64,000 nucleotides of DNA from Eledone cirrhosa (GCA_964016885.1 OZ024742.1:52762001-52826000), one strand, 5' to 3'. Positions 13,198 through 27,910 are shown, counted from the first letter of the stretch. Numbers and translations are program-made. The notes: generated by a model not told the origin, from the sequence alone.

Positions 13198-14183
13198 AAT
13201 ATATCAACAACCGTCCGGTTGTGGAACCAACCAACCGACCGGAAATTTATAAATTCTTAAATTTATAAATTTAATTTATAATAAATTGGAGTGAAAGCAA
13301 CTGGTGCGTGTGTTTCTTATTGGCAACATGACCCTCCCAAAGCATAACAATATACACATATATATATATATTTATTAAAATAACAGATTAAAGTTTAAGC
13401 AAAGAATCGCTGCTTTCACCCTTAACGGGATCTTCTGAAACTAACAAAGTCAATCTGTAAACGCAGAAGTGGATATTTCAAAAAACGTTGCACACACACA
13501 TATTTATATGTGCGTGGTTTTGTATACCTATGGCAAATGTTTTCGCGTATGCTTGTGTATGTACATATTTGCATGTGCGTATGCATTTATTTAATTTCTA
13601 TTACCTCTGTATTTTATTTTATTTACTTTATTCTTAACTCTGAAGCGGAGATTCATTCGGTTTCCTAGTTAGAATGTTAGTCTACGACTTCAGCTATACC
13701 ATTTACGTGGTTTTGTCTTTGCGTGCAATTGTTCTCCACGCTCCACATACGACGTATTTTCTTCGTTTTTTCCGTTCATTGCCAGAGAACGTCTCTATGC
13801 ACCACCTAAGAGAAGATTAGTCTACAACTTTTTTTATACCATAAACGTGGTTCTGTCTTTGCGCGTAATTGTTTTTTACCGCCCCTATTAATGACGTATT
13901 ATATTCGTTTTTTCCCGTTCTTTGCCAGGGAACGTTTCCACGAACCAAAGTATTGTCTTCCTGTGTTCCTCCGGTTGCAACGTTTTTTGAAATATCCACT
14001 TCTGCGTTTACAGATTGACTTTGTTAGTTTCAGAAGATCCCGTTAAGGGTGAAAGCAGCGATTCTTTGCTTAAACTTTAATCTGTTATTTTAATAAATAT
14101 TTGCTCTACGGTTCTTATATATTTGATATATATTTATCCTTATCGAGCCCTCTTTGGATTTTAGTCTTCAAATTTATTATTAT

Positions 14184-14241
<58 letters not shown>

Positions 14242-14248
<7 letters not shown>

Positions 14249-15110
14249 ATGAAGAGAGAAGAAACATTTAGATATAATTAGTAATAAAATGTATCATACC
14301 TAAACTGATTACTAATTATATCTAAATGTTTCTTCTCTCTTCATAAGGTATTTTTAACTCTGATACTGGTTCAGTCTAGTTCAACCGAATTGGTCTGTCC
14401 CAGTCATTCATTGAGCAACATCGGTGAAGTTGGCACCCTTAACTCACAGTTGGGTGCGGATGCATTCATGTATATATGTGTGTGTCCGCATGTATCTGTG
14501 TGTTTCTAAATATATTGTTAATAACTCCCTCTGGTCGAGCAATCTTTAAAGTGTGGGGACAGCTGGAAGGCTTCCATTACTCATACTTCTCGCCTTCTTC
14601 ACCACCTCTTCTGCGGCCTCGATATGAATACCCCCTCCGCCTCCGTGGTATTTTCTTCGGGGTTATAAGAGGCTTAGCTCTGTTTCTCGACCGTTATATC
14701 GCGTGACTATCTCCCCCTCCGCCTTTTGGGATTCTTTCTCACGTCGTGTAGACGCGTTCTTGAGACTAGTAAAATGAGGTATCCTCTTGATAAGTCGGCA
14801 GACCTCGCAAGGACTCTATATCTTTATGATATATTGTTTTTGTTTATGCCACGAAACTACGTAGTCGAGGAATTTAGGAGCAGTTTAGGTATGATACATT
14901 TTATTACTAATTATATCTAAATGTTTCTTCTCTCTTCATAAGGTATTTTTAACTCTGATACTGGTTCAGTCTAGTTCAACCGAATTGGTCTGTCCCAGTC
15001 ATTCATTGAGCAACATCGGTGAAGTTGGCACCCTTAACTCACAGTTGGGTGCGGATGCATTCATGTATATATGTGTGTGTCCGCATGTATCTGTGTGTTT
15101 CTAAATATAT

Positions 15111-15112
<2 letters not shown>
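14242..15112. mobile_element. Non-coding PLE-like unit: inverted terminal fragment plus about 205-bp direct repeats about 595 bp apart
   Basis: 14309-14515 matches 14903-15110; 14242-14310 is the reverse complement of 14881-14946; flanked by (TA)n. Confidence 0.6.
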
Positions 15113-15147
<35 letters not shown>

Positions 15148-15452
15148 GTATATATATATATATGTGTATATATATATATATATATATAGTGAAAGAATGA
15201 ACAGTAACATGGTTGGCTGTACAGGGGGCTTTATTTCAGGTATTAACAATTGTTTCATTGATCAGGTGAGTCTAGAGGCCGCTAATCGCTCGAAGTTGCG
15301 TCACTCGATCTCCATTACTTGTTTACCTCTGATCAAATCCTCAGTATTCTGAGGATTTGATCAGAGGTAAATAAAGCCGTAGGTTAAAACTATCCACGAC
15401 GCTGAGTACTCACAACCTCTAACTGGACTACCTATAACGATAACTTGTTATC

Positions 15453-15503
<51 letters not shown>

Positions 15504-16370
15504 ATATTACGAGACAATGAGTAAATCACTGTATGACTGTTCGACCTCGAATCACACTTTAACTAGAGAAACATACGTCAGATAATATAATCTCAAATAA
15601 ACTATGTTTGAGTTGTTAATCAACAAAAGCCACATTTTATATTATTGTAGCAACAGCTATTTGAGACGGAAATTGTAATGCTCATGAATGGATTTGTAAA
15701 TTTTAGAAATTTGATGTTAAATATTTGTTTCAGACATATTTTGTTAATACCAAGAAAAAGAAAATTTTACTAATATTGAATATTTTTATTAATTAGATTG
15801 TAAGAATACTCTCACAAATTCAGCCTATTCCAAGACTTCATCTTATTCCACATTTGCTAATCCAACAAATATTGATACAAAGATAAACCAAACACAGATA
15901 TTTGCAGTGTTCATCAGAATATTGTGTGTTGCCACCAGTATCTTACATACCATTTGTTATATTTTCATAATTATTTTCATTTTAAAGAATCCAGTTATAT
16001 ACTGTAAGATCATTTCAGTCAACAAATTGTTAGTTTCATAAGTGTTGTCACAATAGGTATCTTCAAATAGGAAATGGCCCCTTCCAACAATTAGGTAAGC
16101 CTCTGGCTATGTTGAGAAACAGTGCCAGTAATTAAATAGTGTCTCATACAATTCTTCTAGTTCCACTTAAGAAGGAAAGATCTGTTTGAAATGTATTTCC
16201 TGCTGTTAAAAATATAGATTTATTATCAAATATGCCGGAAGCCTCTTAGTGAAACATGCCATATGAGACTGCCAATAAATAATGAGAATATACAAGTATG
16301 AAATTTAATAATATATCTATAATATTTTCAGTTTGTTTTATTCGAAGCAACATTGTTTGAGAGAGCATGA

Positions 16371-17172
16371 ATGGTTAAATTGATTGTGAACTAAATAATT
16401 GACCGAGAGGATAATTAAATTGGTAATGAACTAAATGACTGACAGAGACGATGGTTTAAGTGAAGGTAAAATAGATAACTGACCAGGGAATAGATAAATT
16501 GAAAGGGAACTAGTTACCTGACCGGGAAGATGGGTAAATTGATATTTAAACTAGATAACTGGCCAAAACGATGGCTAAGTTGATAATAAACTAGTTACCT
16601 AACCAATGGATAGTTAAATTGATAGTGAACTAGTTACCTGACCGAGAGGATGGTTACATTAACATTGAACTAAATAACGAAACAAAGAGGATAGTTAAAT
16701 TAGCAGTGAACCTCATAATTGAATGAGAGTAAACTGGATAATTGATCGGGAGGGGGATTAAATTGATAGGGAAACAGATATCTGACCAGGACGATGGTTA
16801 GATTAACAGTAAAGCAGAATACTGAGTGGTGGATGCTTAAATTGATAGTGAACCAAATAACTGAGCGGTGGACTGTTAACTTTATAGTGAACTAGATAAC
16901 TAACCGAGTGGATAGTTAAATTGATAGCAATCCAGACAACTGATCGAACAGATGTTTAAATTAACAGTGAACTAGATAACTGAGCAGTGGATGATTAAAT
17001 TAGAATTGAACCAGATAACTAGCAGTGGATTATTAAACTGATAGTGGACTAAATAACTGGCTAATAATGATAGTAAACCAGATAACTGACTGAGAGAAAT
17101 GGTTAAACTAACAGTGAAAGAGATAACTGAGCAATGGATTTTTAAATTAACAGTGAACCAAATAATTGACCG
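16371..17172. repeat. Diverged 40-bp minisatellite, about 20 copies
   Basis: Approximate consensus ATGGTTAAATTGATAGTGAACTAGATAACTGACCGAGAGG. Confidence 0.9.
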
Positions 17173-18214
17173 AAAGTATAACAGTCTACGTCTTGTTTAT
17201 GACACTGTATTGTAACTGTCAAAGCATTGTTGACTAAAATATAAAGTAATCCCTTGGTGCATATAGAATTCTCTATAGCCCTTACCTTGCCGCATTTTTA
17301 ATTAAATGATTTTTATTTTAATTAATCTAAGAGGAATTTGAGAAGGATTTACTAAAATTATAATTTCATTAAGATAGTATTTGTAACAGTAAATTGTTTT
17401 AATTTAAGGGGGAACCCTTTTGGATGGGTTGTTTAGTTTCATAGAAGCAGATGCAGTTTTGGGTGGATTGGTCTGAAAGGGTTTAAGTAGTTAAGGTATT
17501 GTAAAATTGACGTAAACTTTTCTATAGGTGCATCATAGCTGTAGATTAGTTCCACGAAGTTGAGTTATCTTTAGTGTACTTCAAAAGGATACGTTGCTTT
17601 TCAAATCTAACAATGCTGTATATATATATGACATATATGGTCTCAACGTGCGTGAGTTTTTTTTATTTCACTACTCAAGAATACGCTGCTCATCAGATCT
17701 AATCACTCAATGATTAGATCAATAAGAGCTACTACCGTTGTAGCACGTATGAATGTGTAAGATGTGAGTGTATAGCTTACGATATCACGTTGACCTATTT
17801 CATGATATAATCTATAATTACGTTTCTTTTTCAATATCACTTACATTAGCTTAAGCGTCTAAATGGGTTTACATGAGAAAGCCTGGGAAACGGTGGATTG
17901 TTTATATTGACAGAAGTTATTAGAAAAGGGAGTTTATAAAAATGTTTGATTAATTCAATTGTCATAAGAGAATGATGTGAGCTGTTGTTCTTTCACAACT
18001 TCAGAGGAAAACCAAACACCAAAAGCATTAGTTTCTTTATTTGCCACAGCAATTGAAAATGGTCGAACTGTTTTATAAGATAGTAAATGGAAAAAAGCTT
18101 ATGATATAAATGTCCATAAAGTGTGATCTATGCAGTTTCCCTTTCTCTGACCTACACTTTCTCTTTACAATATCATAGAAGCTTACAACAGTCCTTAACA
18201 TATATATATTGATT

Positions 18215-18425
18215 CCGAATTTAGGCACGAGGTCAGCTAATTTGGAGCAAAGACAACTTTGACTGAACCAACCTCAGTAGATGACTGGTACTATATTTTT
18301 TCGACTTTGAGAAGATGAAAGGCAAGGTTGACTTTGGCTGGATTTGAACTGAGAATGTGAAGAGCCAGAACAAATACTACAATGGCATTTTATCCGACGT
18401 TCTACCAATTCTGCTAGTCTCCACA
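18215..18425 (-). mobile_element. Diverged SINE (Deu/Nin-like family)
   Basis: GACTGGTAC..TCGAC..GATGAAAGGCAAGGTTGAC..GGATTTGAACT. Confidence 0.75.
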
Positions 18426-20477
18426 TTCTTCAATAATAACGTATGCGGGGGCCAACTGTTATCAGATCACCGTACAAATATATAAACCAAAATAAGTAGC
18501 AGAACAAATTTAGAAATATGAAACAGTATGTAACTGCATTACTGGCGATCTAATGGCTTTCATTCCTTTGTCGGAGTTCTTTTGTGTCAGCACTCTTTTA
18601 TCGTCACTCTTTTTGTCTGGTGCACATCTGTCGCCTCACCACACGAAGCTCATTGATTGAAAGAAAGAGCCAAGAACATAGTATTACTCTGGGTATTCAG
18701 GATATGTTATCAAAATATTATTAAATTGTTCATCTCAGTGCCAGGTTTTAATGAAATCTCCATCACCTAATAGTTTATTGTTCTATAATATATAAATATT
18801 GAATTCAGCTCTTAATAAGGTCTGTATCACTTTGTCCCAATTTATACAAAATGAAATGGCGTTGCAACAATATGATTAGTTTCATATGCAGATTGTGCAA
18901 TGTTAAGGAAAGCTGAGCCTACTCTATGAATAGGCCAATAATGGACATATCTATGCCTGTTTAACAATGCATCTGATTGATAATAGCCAATAGTAATCAC
19001 ATTGATTCGACAGGACTATAACAAAAAACTCATTGTATTATTTATCATTTCTTTTATTTTTTAAATTAAATCTGAAAGAAATCATAACTCAAGATATACG
19101 TTTTTTGTTTTATTTTCTTCTATCATGTTTTAATATTATATTTTATCACATACTGTTTTTTTCAAAATTATATGAAACAAAATATATATTCAATACAAAA
19201 TATATATACAAAAACAATCACTCAAAACGTAATCTCAAAAGTAGTATATTCCAGTATGTGTCTATTTAAAACCTAAATTAAATTTTTTTTATTTTTTATT
19301 TTTACGGGGAGAATTTATATAACTAGAAATCATTGATTGAAAATATGAAGAAAACAAAGAGAAACACGGCATGAAACGAAGAAACAAGCAGAAGCAACAA
19401 ATGTCAAAGCTAATATGAAAAATCAAGACTGACGATAAAGTATTGTTAATATGTTGCTATGGCAATGGATTATTTTTTAATGTAAGTTTATTTTGAAACT
19501 ATATTAGAAATTATTTCTGTATTGTCTGCTGAGAGAGAGAAAGAAGAATGAGAAAGAAAATAAGAAAATGAGAGTTCGGAGAAAGGAAAATATAGAGAAG
19601 AAAGAGAGGAAGGAGAAATAAATAAAGAGAATGATAAAGATAAGAAATATATGGAGGAGAGGAGAAAGAAAATATGAGATAATGCAGAAGCCATACGTTT
19701 TCCATGATACTGTTTCAAAACCTGATTTTAATGGTGATATTTTTTCTAAATTATCTGCTGAACTCGACACAACTTTCCTTTCTCTGTCACAACCTTTAAT
19801 AGATAAGGTTTTTGTTTTTTATTCAGTCGTTATGGATAAAGGTCAATGATGACAAGTCAAGCAAAACATACCTTTTTTCATTGGTTCCATCTGAGGAAAC
19901 AGGCTGCAACACCTTCCAGATCAACGCCGTTACTATTCTTCTAGAATTGTAGCAGATTTATTGCTGTAAAAATAAGAAGATTGGAGAAAATTTGAGATAA
20001 GTGATGTATGGTGTGAGGGGAAAGGATTTGCTGAAGTGTTTAGTATGCGGACTGAGATGGAATATATATGATGATTATGATGAATACTTCGTCGGTTTTG
20101 ACGATGGGCGTTCAAGTGATATATTTTCTGTGTTACGTTATATAAGACTGCATTATGGCTGTATAGTACATTTTTTAGAAATAAGTTGCGACATAAGAGG
20201 AAAAAAGGTATTGACTTATTGTTCAAAGATTTTAATCTGACAGTAAGCTACTTGCCATATAACTAAGAAAAAGCATGATGGTGATAAGATAGATTGCAGA
20301 AAAAATTTAAAGTTTTATCATTGGATTACTATTAGTTGCGTTTATTAAATGATTGCATATAAATGATACTTATAATAGTTATTATTGATTTGGGGGCGAT
20401 TCAGAATAGATATAGCAACCATGTAGAGATCAACTTCAACTCCATGTGATATATATATGTGTGTGTGTGTGTGTGCA

Positions 20478-20703
20478 TATCGTCAGTCGATCGACTTTCG
20501 TAAAAATCGGACCAAGGAAACAATGTTTTCATGGGTTTTTCCAATTGCTAATACTATCTATCGGTCGCAACTCGAGGTAGAAGGAGCAACGTGAAATAAA
20601 GTGTATTGCTCAAGGACATAACGCATCGCCCTGTTCGGGAATCGAAATCACAACCTCACAATTGCGAATCCAATTCTCTTACCACTCAGCCACGCGCCTT
20701 CAC
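20478..20703 (-). mobile_element. tRNA-derived CORE-type SINE
   Basis: Reverse complement of 29553-29778. Confidence 0.8.
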
Positions 20704-20704
20704 A

Positions 20705-20803
<99 letters not shown>

Positions 20804-20808
20804 CATAT

Positions 20809-20956
<148 letters not shown>

Positions 20957-21138
20957 TCCTGATGATATATATATATATATATTTATATTCCTGATGATTT
21001 CTAATGAATGAAACAGTTCTAGTCCTGTAGAATCTCATCTATATTAAAACTTTTATACTCTGCTATGTATTGAGTACCTTACTTACTGTGGTTACCTCCG
21101 ATTCAACCCGGAATAACGTATATATATATATATATATA

Positions 21139-23600
21139 TTTCGTTTCTGAATGCAACCCCACATCACTGACACAAGAGAGGTAACACCACAGGAGCATGA
21201 GGATAGAGAAAAAGCCCTCAATGCCCATATGGTGATGTGGACGAATATAATGCAGCCCAACAAAAGTACTGCCAACAACTTCCAGGCCTGGAACAATGAC
21301 GTGCCGGCGTTGTATGGGCTTCGAAAAGACCATAAAACGGGCAGTGACCCTGTCGCGGGACCACCAACACGGCCAGTCTGTGGAGCTAACATTGATAGTA
21401 ACTACAGACTGTCCTACTTCCTCTCCCTGATCATACACCCCATCATTGAAATGTCCCCAGATGTATGTGACAGCACGGAGGACCTCCTCAGCAGAATTGG
21501 CGAGAGTAACCGATCTAGGGACCTAGCAAACTGCATAATAGGTAGTATGGATGTTGTGTCCCTGTATCCATCTATTGACGTGGATTTTGCTGTGGAGAAA
21601 TGCGTAGAAATGATCAGTGAGAGCAATGTTGAGTTCCGGGGGATTGATACCAGTGAGCTGGGACTCCTACTTAAACTTACCTATAGTAATAATTACCTAG
21701 ACACATATGACCTTAGCAACCTGTGCCCTACAAGACCAGCAAGAGGCAGACCACCTACCATTACCTCAATGGCCAAGAAAATCCACACAGATAGATGGAG
21801 CGGGTGGACCAGAGCCATACGGACACCCGAAAACCACGATGAACTGAAGAAAATGATTGCACATGCGGTAGGGGCCAGCATAAAACTAACCCTTAAGGAA
21901 CATATGTTCAAATTTAATGGAAAAACATATGCCCAAGAGGAAGGAGCAGCCATTGGTGTTAGCATTGCAGGCGACATAGCTAACTTATTCATGGTATGGT
22001 GGGACAGTAGACTTAAACTTAAACTTAAAGAACAATTAGAAGACCCTTAAGCCTGATAATGTACTCCCGCTACGTTGATGATATAAACATCGTAGTTAAG
22101 ACACCCCCACTAGAGAACAGTCAGGAACTAGAGAAAAACATAATGGAAAGCATCCAGCAAATAGCTAACTCCATCCACCAGAGCATTAGAGTTACTATAG
22201 ACTACCCAAGTAAACACCCCAACCATCGATTACCTGTACTAGACAAAGAGCTCTGGTTAGATACCATTAATAACAAAAAACAAACCCTCCATTCCCATTA
22301 TGCCAAACCCATGACTTCCAAACATCTGATCCACCGAAACTCGGCCGTTTCGGACCATACCAAAATCAACATACTGATTGCGGATTTGGTACGGGTGATG
22401 AGAAACGTGTCCCGCATGTGCAACCCCGAAGAACTAGAGAGACACATACAACACTTCATCCACCGTATGCAGTTCTCTGGCTACAATCAGAGAGATAAAA
22501 CAGAGTGTATAGAGGAGCCAGAACCAAATGGGAAAAAATGGTAAATAATGACATAAATGGGACCTGCCCCTTGTATAGGAGCAAATTTTGGAATAGAATA
22601 GAAAGAACTAGGAACAAGGCTAATAGAATAAACTCATGGTATGATAGCAATAAATACCAGAGTGTAATGTTCATCGATACAACCCCTAGAGGTGAATTAG
22701 CTTACAAATTTAGAAGGGCCCTAGATAAACATAAACACAATATTAAGATAGTAGAAAGACCAGGTACCTCCGTAAAAACACTTATTAACAATACATACCA
22801 TTTTCAAAGACCTCCCTGTATAGATAAGAAATGTATAATCTGTAAACTAAGCCCCCATATTAACTGTAAAACTAGAAATGTAGTGTATAGCATAAGATGT
22901 ACTGAAGGACAATGTAGAGACAAAATATAGTGTACATAGGTGAGACAGCTCGTAGTGTAGGGGAACGGATAAATGAACACTGGCGAGACCTTCAAGATAG
23001 TAAAGAATCATCTGTACTCTACCAACATGCTAAAATAGAACACAAGGGTAAATTAGAGAACATAGAAATAAAAATAGAATCTACACACAGAAAAGACGCA
23101 ATGTTTAGACAAATCACAGAGGCAATAAACATAAAAGAATTACAACCAAAATTAAATAGAAAATATGAGTGGAACAACAACATCACAACTTACAATTAAG
23201 GACAAAATGAAAACACACACACACATAGAACAAACAACCAACCAGTAACATGTAAATAAACAAATAAATAAATGAACATAAACACACACAGACACCCGGA
23301 TGTGGCGCATGCGCAGACTGAGCACACAACACACACACAGAAACAAAATGGCGTAGGACAGAACAAAGGAGAGGCACAGAAACAAAGAAAGGAATCCCCT
23401 GTCACTGAAGAGGTCACAGAGTGTGTGACGAAAAACTATGACAATATATAAACAACTATCTGGTTGTGGAACCAACCAACCAACCAACCAACCAACCAGA
23501 AATTTATAAATTTATAAATTTATTATAATAAATTGAAGTGAAAGCAACTGGTGCGTGTGTTTCTTATTGGCAACATGACCCTCCCAAAGTATAACAATAT
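21139..23600 (+). mobile_element. Penelope-like retroelement family A; RT + GIY-YIG broken into four ORF pieces
   Basis: LYGLRKDHK, GSMDVVSLYPSI, QEEGAAIG, RYVDD, NVVYSIRC..YIGETARS..H; hammerhead in the tail; (TA)n at both ends. Confidence 0.92.
23400..23443 (+). ncRNA. Minimal type I hammerhead ribozyme motif in PLE tail
   Basis: TGTCA-CTGAAGA-g-GTCACA-gagtg-TGTGAC-GAAA-aac-TA-TGACA. Confidence 0.7.
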
Positions 23601-23649
23601 ATATATATATATGTATATATATATGTATATATATATATATATATATATC

Positions 23650-25842
23650 AGGTATAGGATTACCCAAGATGTAGTAATGGTTAATTACTACACTGGATAT
23701 GGTTGACGTACGGTGAGAGGTTACTCTACGAGTTATGGAAGAATTGTTGAAGAATCATAGTTCCTGATTCTTCTGTATTTCGACATCACCATGGGTTCCA
23801 ACGACTCAGCGGAGGTCACGGATCTCGTGGGAATTTACATAGCCCACGTATTACATAGTAAATTTAGTAATCTACAGGGGGGGATATACAGAGATGACGG
23901 GCTCTTATTAGTTAATAACTTGAATAACCAAAATCTTGAAAGGCTACGGAAAAATATTAGAAAATCTTTTCGTGAACTGGGTCTAAAAATAACATACGAA
24001 TACAATCTTAAAGTAGTAAACTTTCTGGACGTAACTCTTAATTTAAATACCGGACAGATACGACCCTTCCACAAGATGAATGAGAACCTTACGTATATTA
24101 ACTTTAACTCAAACCACCCACTCTCCATGATCAAATCAGTTCCCCGGAGTATTTCTCTTAGAATCTTTCGCCTATCGTCTAACTCTGATATTTTTAGTGA
24201 GCACGCTGAATACTACAATAATGCATTAAGGAAGGCCGACCACCGGGATACAATAGAATACATTGATAGGAATTTCCATAACACACATAGCTCTACACGA
24301 AATCAAGGAATACGTAACAGGGGGACTAAAATACAAGCGCACACACACAGTACTACCAGACATACTAATAATAGAAAATCACCACCAAATAAATCACGTT
24401 GTAGAAAGTATATCTGGTACAATCCTATCTTTAATGCCTCGATTAGTACAAAACTATCTCTATCATTCTTTAAGTTAATCAACAAACATTTCCCTAGTTC
24501 CCATAAATACAGCAAAATTCTGAACTCTAAAACTATTAGACTATCATACTCCACGGCACTAAACCTTGAAGCATACATAAAAAAACTTAACTTAAGGCAA
24601 TTAAACAACTCTACAAAACAAAACATTTTAGTAACAGATGGGCAGAACCTAATATCTGCCTCCCAACCACTAAATGGGAGACGGGTATTACACAATCCAC
24701 CTGTACCGCTATCACAACCTATCCATGGTATACCTGCTACCCACAACAAAGAATGTAACTGCCATCTACCTGAAAGATGTGCATTGAAGAATGAATGCCT
24801 AAAGTCCAACATTGTTTACCAATGCACGGTTGAATCGAACGACCAGAAATGGTATTATATCGGAATCGGATCTACCACCACCTCGTTTAAATCTCGCTGG
24901 TACCGTCATCGATTCTCAATCAAACATCCTAATCACCGTTTTGTGACCACGCTCGCCAACAAGACCTGGCAACTCCGTGAACGCAACCAACAGTTCACCT
25001 TAAAATGGGATATACTTCCCAGCGCAAGTGCATATCCGAGTGGATTGAAATACTGCAGGTTATGTAACCTTGAACTCTTTTACATATTAAAATCCAAAAA
25101 CAAACTACTTAACGATAGAATTGAACGATCATTATACTGCAACCACAAACTAAAAGCTAAATTCTCTCACTATAAAATAACTTAACATTCGAACCCGTAA
25201 ATATAACATCGCTTTCTAGCTAACCACCTTTTCTTCCCCCACACTACAAGACAATACACTGCTTATCACTATAAATGGTTACTCAGTGCAATTTACAGAT
25301 TACTACTATAAACCCAAAGTTCACTCACCACATAAACTTCGTCTGTCCCCTCTCTACCTCTCTCTCTACATCCATTACACTCTCTCTCTCTCTCTCTCTC
25401 GTCTTTGGCCTACCTCCCTCTCCACATCTATGAACCTGCCCTCTGGGGCAATAAATAATTCCGAGCTTAACTATCAACGCATCTCTCCAAAAGTAACCAG
25501 TATAATAAAACCTCTACCATAACATTTTGATTAAGATATCTACAAACCACTCTCTCCTACTTCTCTAACCCCTGCATATCTTTCTCTCTCTCTCCCTCTC
25601 CCCTACTTTTCTCCCTTCCTTTTCTACTCTATCTTCCCCAACAACCCCACTTAAGGGTATTTACATTGTACATTTTACCATTCTGCTCTGGGGATACAGT
25701 GGTCACAGCATTGGATATTTGAGTTCTACAAATTCTTGTAAATTTGCACATAGCATAACTAGGCTGTAGTACCACCGTGGAAACATTTGTAAGCACACGG
25801 AATAAATTACCTTTTTATGATGTCTACCTGTTATTATTCATT

Positions 25843-25850
<8 letters not shown>
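23650..25850 (+). mobile_element. Penelope-like retroelement family B, 5'-truncated, with 464-aa ORF at 23791-25185
   Basis: MGSNDSAEV, IYRDDGL, FLDVTL, SNHP, NIVYQCTV..YYIG..FKSRW..H, CRLC. Confidence 0.9.
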
Positions 25851-25897
<47 letters not shown>

Positions 25898-26197
25898 ATT
25901 AAAAAAATAATGAATAAAACAATGAAACAGTTCCTTATATTAAAAAAAAAAGTTCATTATTTAACGATCGTTTCTAGGACATATATGTGTTAGAATTGGC
26001 ATGCATATTCAACAGATCTATGTACAAAATTATACAAAATTATACAAACTATCAAATCTAATATACATACCAACACATCTAATATACAACAAATCTAATA
26101 TACATACCAACACATACATATGCCGTCTTCAGAAATACGGATTGGACACTACCGTAAACTCTTGGTAGATTTATCTACATATATATATATATATATA

Positions 26198-27860
26198 ACG
26201 AAGGAAATGTGGTAAGGAACCAGGTGGACCATAACGCACCAAAGTACTCAATACTTAGGGTAGTAGAGTGGGTAATAGGAACAAGTAAGACCCCGACGGC
26301 TGAGCTCAAGCCTTTTCGACGGCTAATTCGGGCCACATATGGGACCTCAAGGACAACAACATCAACTATGATCTCACTTGGAAATTACTGTCCAGAGCCA
26401 ACTCTTACACGGGAGGACGCCGTCCGTGCAATTTATGCTCGGAGGAAACTTTACAAATGCTGTTTTCGACGGACCAACTCCTAAACAAGAAAGATGAACT
26501 GGTTACTGCATATAAACACCGATTACGTAGGACTTACCTCGCCCTCAAACCCCATAATGACCCGGGGGGTATACTAGGGCTATAACACCCCACTTGCCTA
26601 TTTTGTAATGGGTAACCCCTGCTTGCCAATGGAGACGTAAGATCTTCTTTTACATTCTTTTATCGCTTCCTCTATATTTCCTCCTCCCCCCCCCCATCCC
26701 TCCCTAGTCCTTCTACCCCAGTTCCTTTTCTTTGTCGTCGTCTTTTTCTCGCCCACCCGAGGTAGCCCCTCGGTCCCTTGTAGATTCAGCACCCCCACCC
26801 CCTTCCCTATTCTATGATAGATTTGGCTGACTCCGCTTTTTATAGCAGAGGTGTTAGACTTCGGATACTTGCCCCCTTCTCCGACCGCTGCACCTTTTTT
26901 CCGTGCCTTCTATATTTCTTAGTGGCATCTTTGCTTTAATTTCTCGTTTATCCAGTATTTCTTTCTTCTTTTTCCCTTTTTTTTGGGGGGGGAGGGGGTA
27001 GGGGGGTGTTTCTGTATTAATTTTCCGTTCTTTACTTTTACTTCGTACGATCTTTCATGTAGCTTGTATAAGACTTTTTGTTTCGTGGCGATACCCTTAG
27101 AGTTAGCACTAGTATTTTTTTGCGGGACCCTGAATTATATTCTCGTACTAGTTTACTTTCTTGCACTGGGTGGTTGCTGGCCCTGTGATTGGAGTAGAAA
27201 CCTTTATTTCGTGGTAGTCTCTTTAGTATTTTGCCCCCCCCCCCCTTTGTTGACCCGTCACCGGACGATACACGCACTTATACCTCGTATAAGGGTCCCT
27301 TTATTTCCGTCCCACCTAGTTTATTTTTATTATTATTATTTATTTTTTTATTCTTCATTATATATATTTTTTTTATTTATTTATCTATTCTTTTATTCAC
27401 TTATTTGTTTATTTATTTATTTATGTATTTCTTTTGCCTAGCAATAGCGAGAGACTTAAGTCTTAGTAACCAGACTTTGCTTTTTTTTTTTCTCTCTCAG
27501 TACTTTTTATAGTTTTACCTTTCATTGTTCTACTTACCGTTTCGACTTCCTCCCCCTCCCCAGTATCCTCTTTGACCTCACGCCCAGCTGTAGCCGGCAC
27601 TACCAACGCATGAATGGGTCTACTCCACCCCTCCCCCTTTTTCTCCTACCAGCAGGTTTAGCTACACCGTCCCCCACCAATTTGCCATCACAGATTTACT
27701 ACTAACTTGTGATGTGACCAATTCTGGTGATTATCTCTTTGACCATATATGGAATTACCCCTTGATAAGCCCGGCTATTTAAATCACAGAATAAATTTTC
27801 ATTCAGTCCAGAATTAGCCGTCGAAACGGCTTGAGCTCAGCCGTCGGGGTCTTACTTGTT

Positions 27861-27865
<5 letters not shown>
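26198..27865 (+). mobile_element. PLE 3' fragment (GIY-YIG C-terminus + long tail) with 5' inverted terminal piece
   Basis: 26333-26540 reads HIWDLKDNNINYDLTWKLL..PCNLCSEETLQMLF..LLNKKDEL, homologous to the family B C-terminus; 26275-26330 is the reverse complement of 27810-27865. Confidence 0.8.

Positions 27866-27910
<45 letters not shown>

Larger units (their letters stand above)
11555..13355. mobile_element. Head-to-head inverted pair of PLE 3' ends (GIY-YIG + tail)
   Basis: Right arm encodes YIGETARGIGERLNEHW (12684-12902) and is nearly identical to 22740-23600; left arm is its reverse complement; symmetry centre AATTCACCT-ct-AGGTGAATT near 12498. Confidence 0.9.

Noticed and set aside
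16371-17172. CRISPR-like array
   Set aside because: Contiguous tandem units without unique spacers; eukaryotic context; no cas genes.
19700-20240. Possible hAT/piggyBac transposase remnant (CGLRWN, LRYIRL)
   Set aside because: Motifs too short and stop-ridden; needs a translated search.
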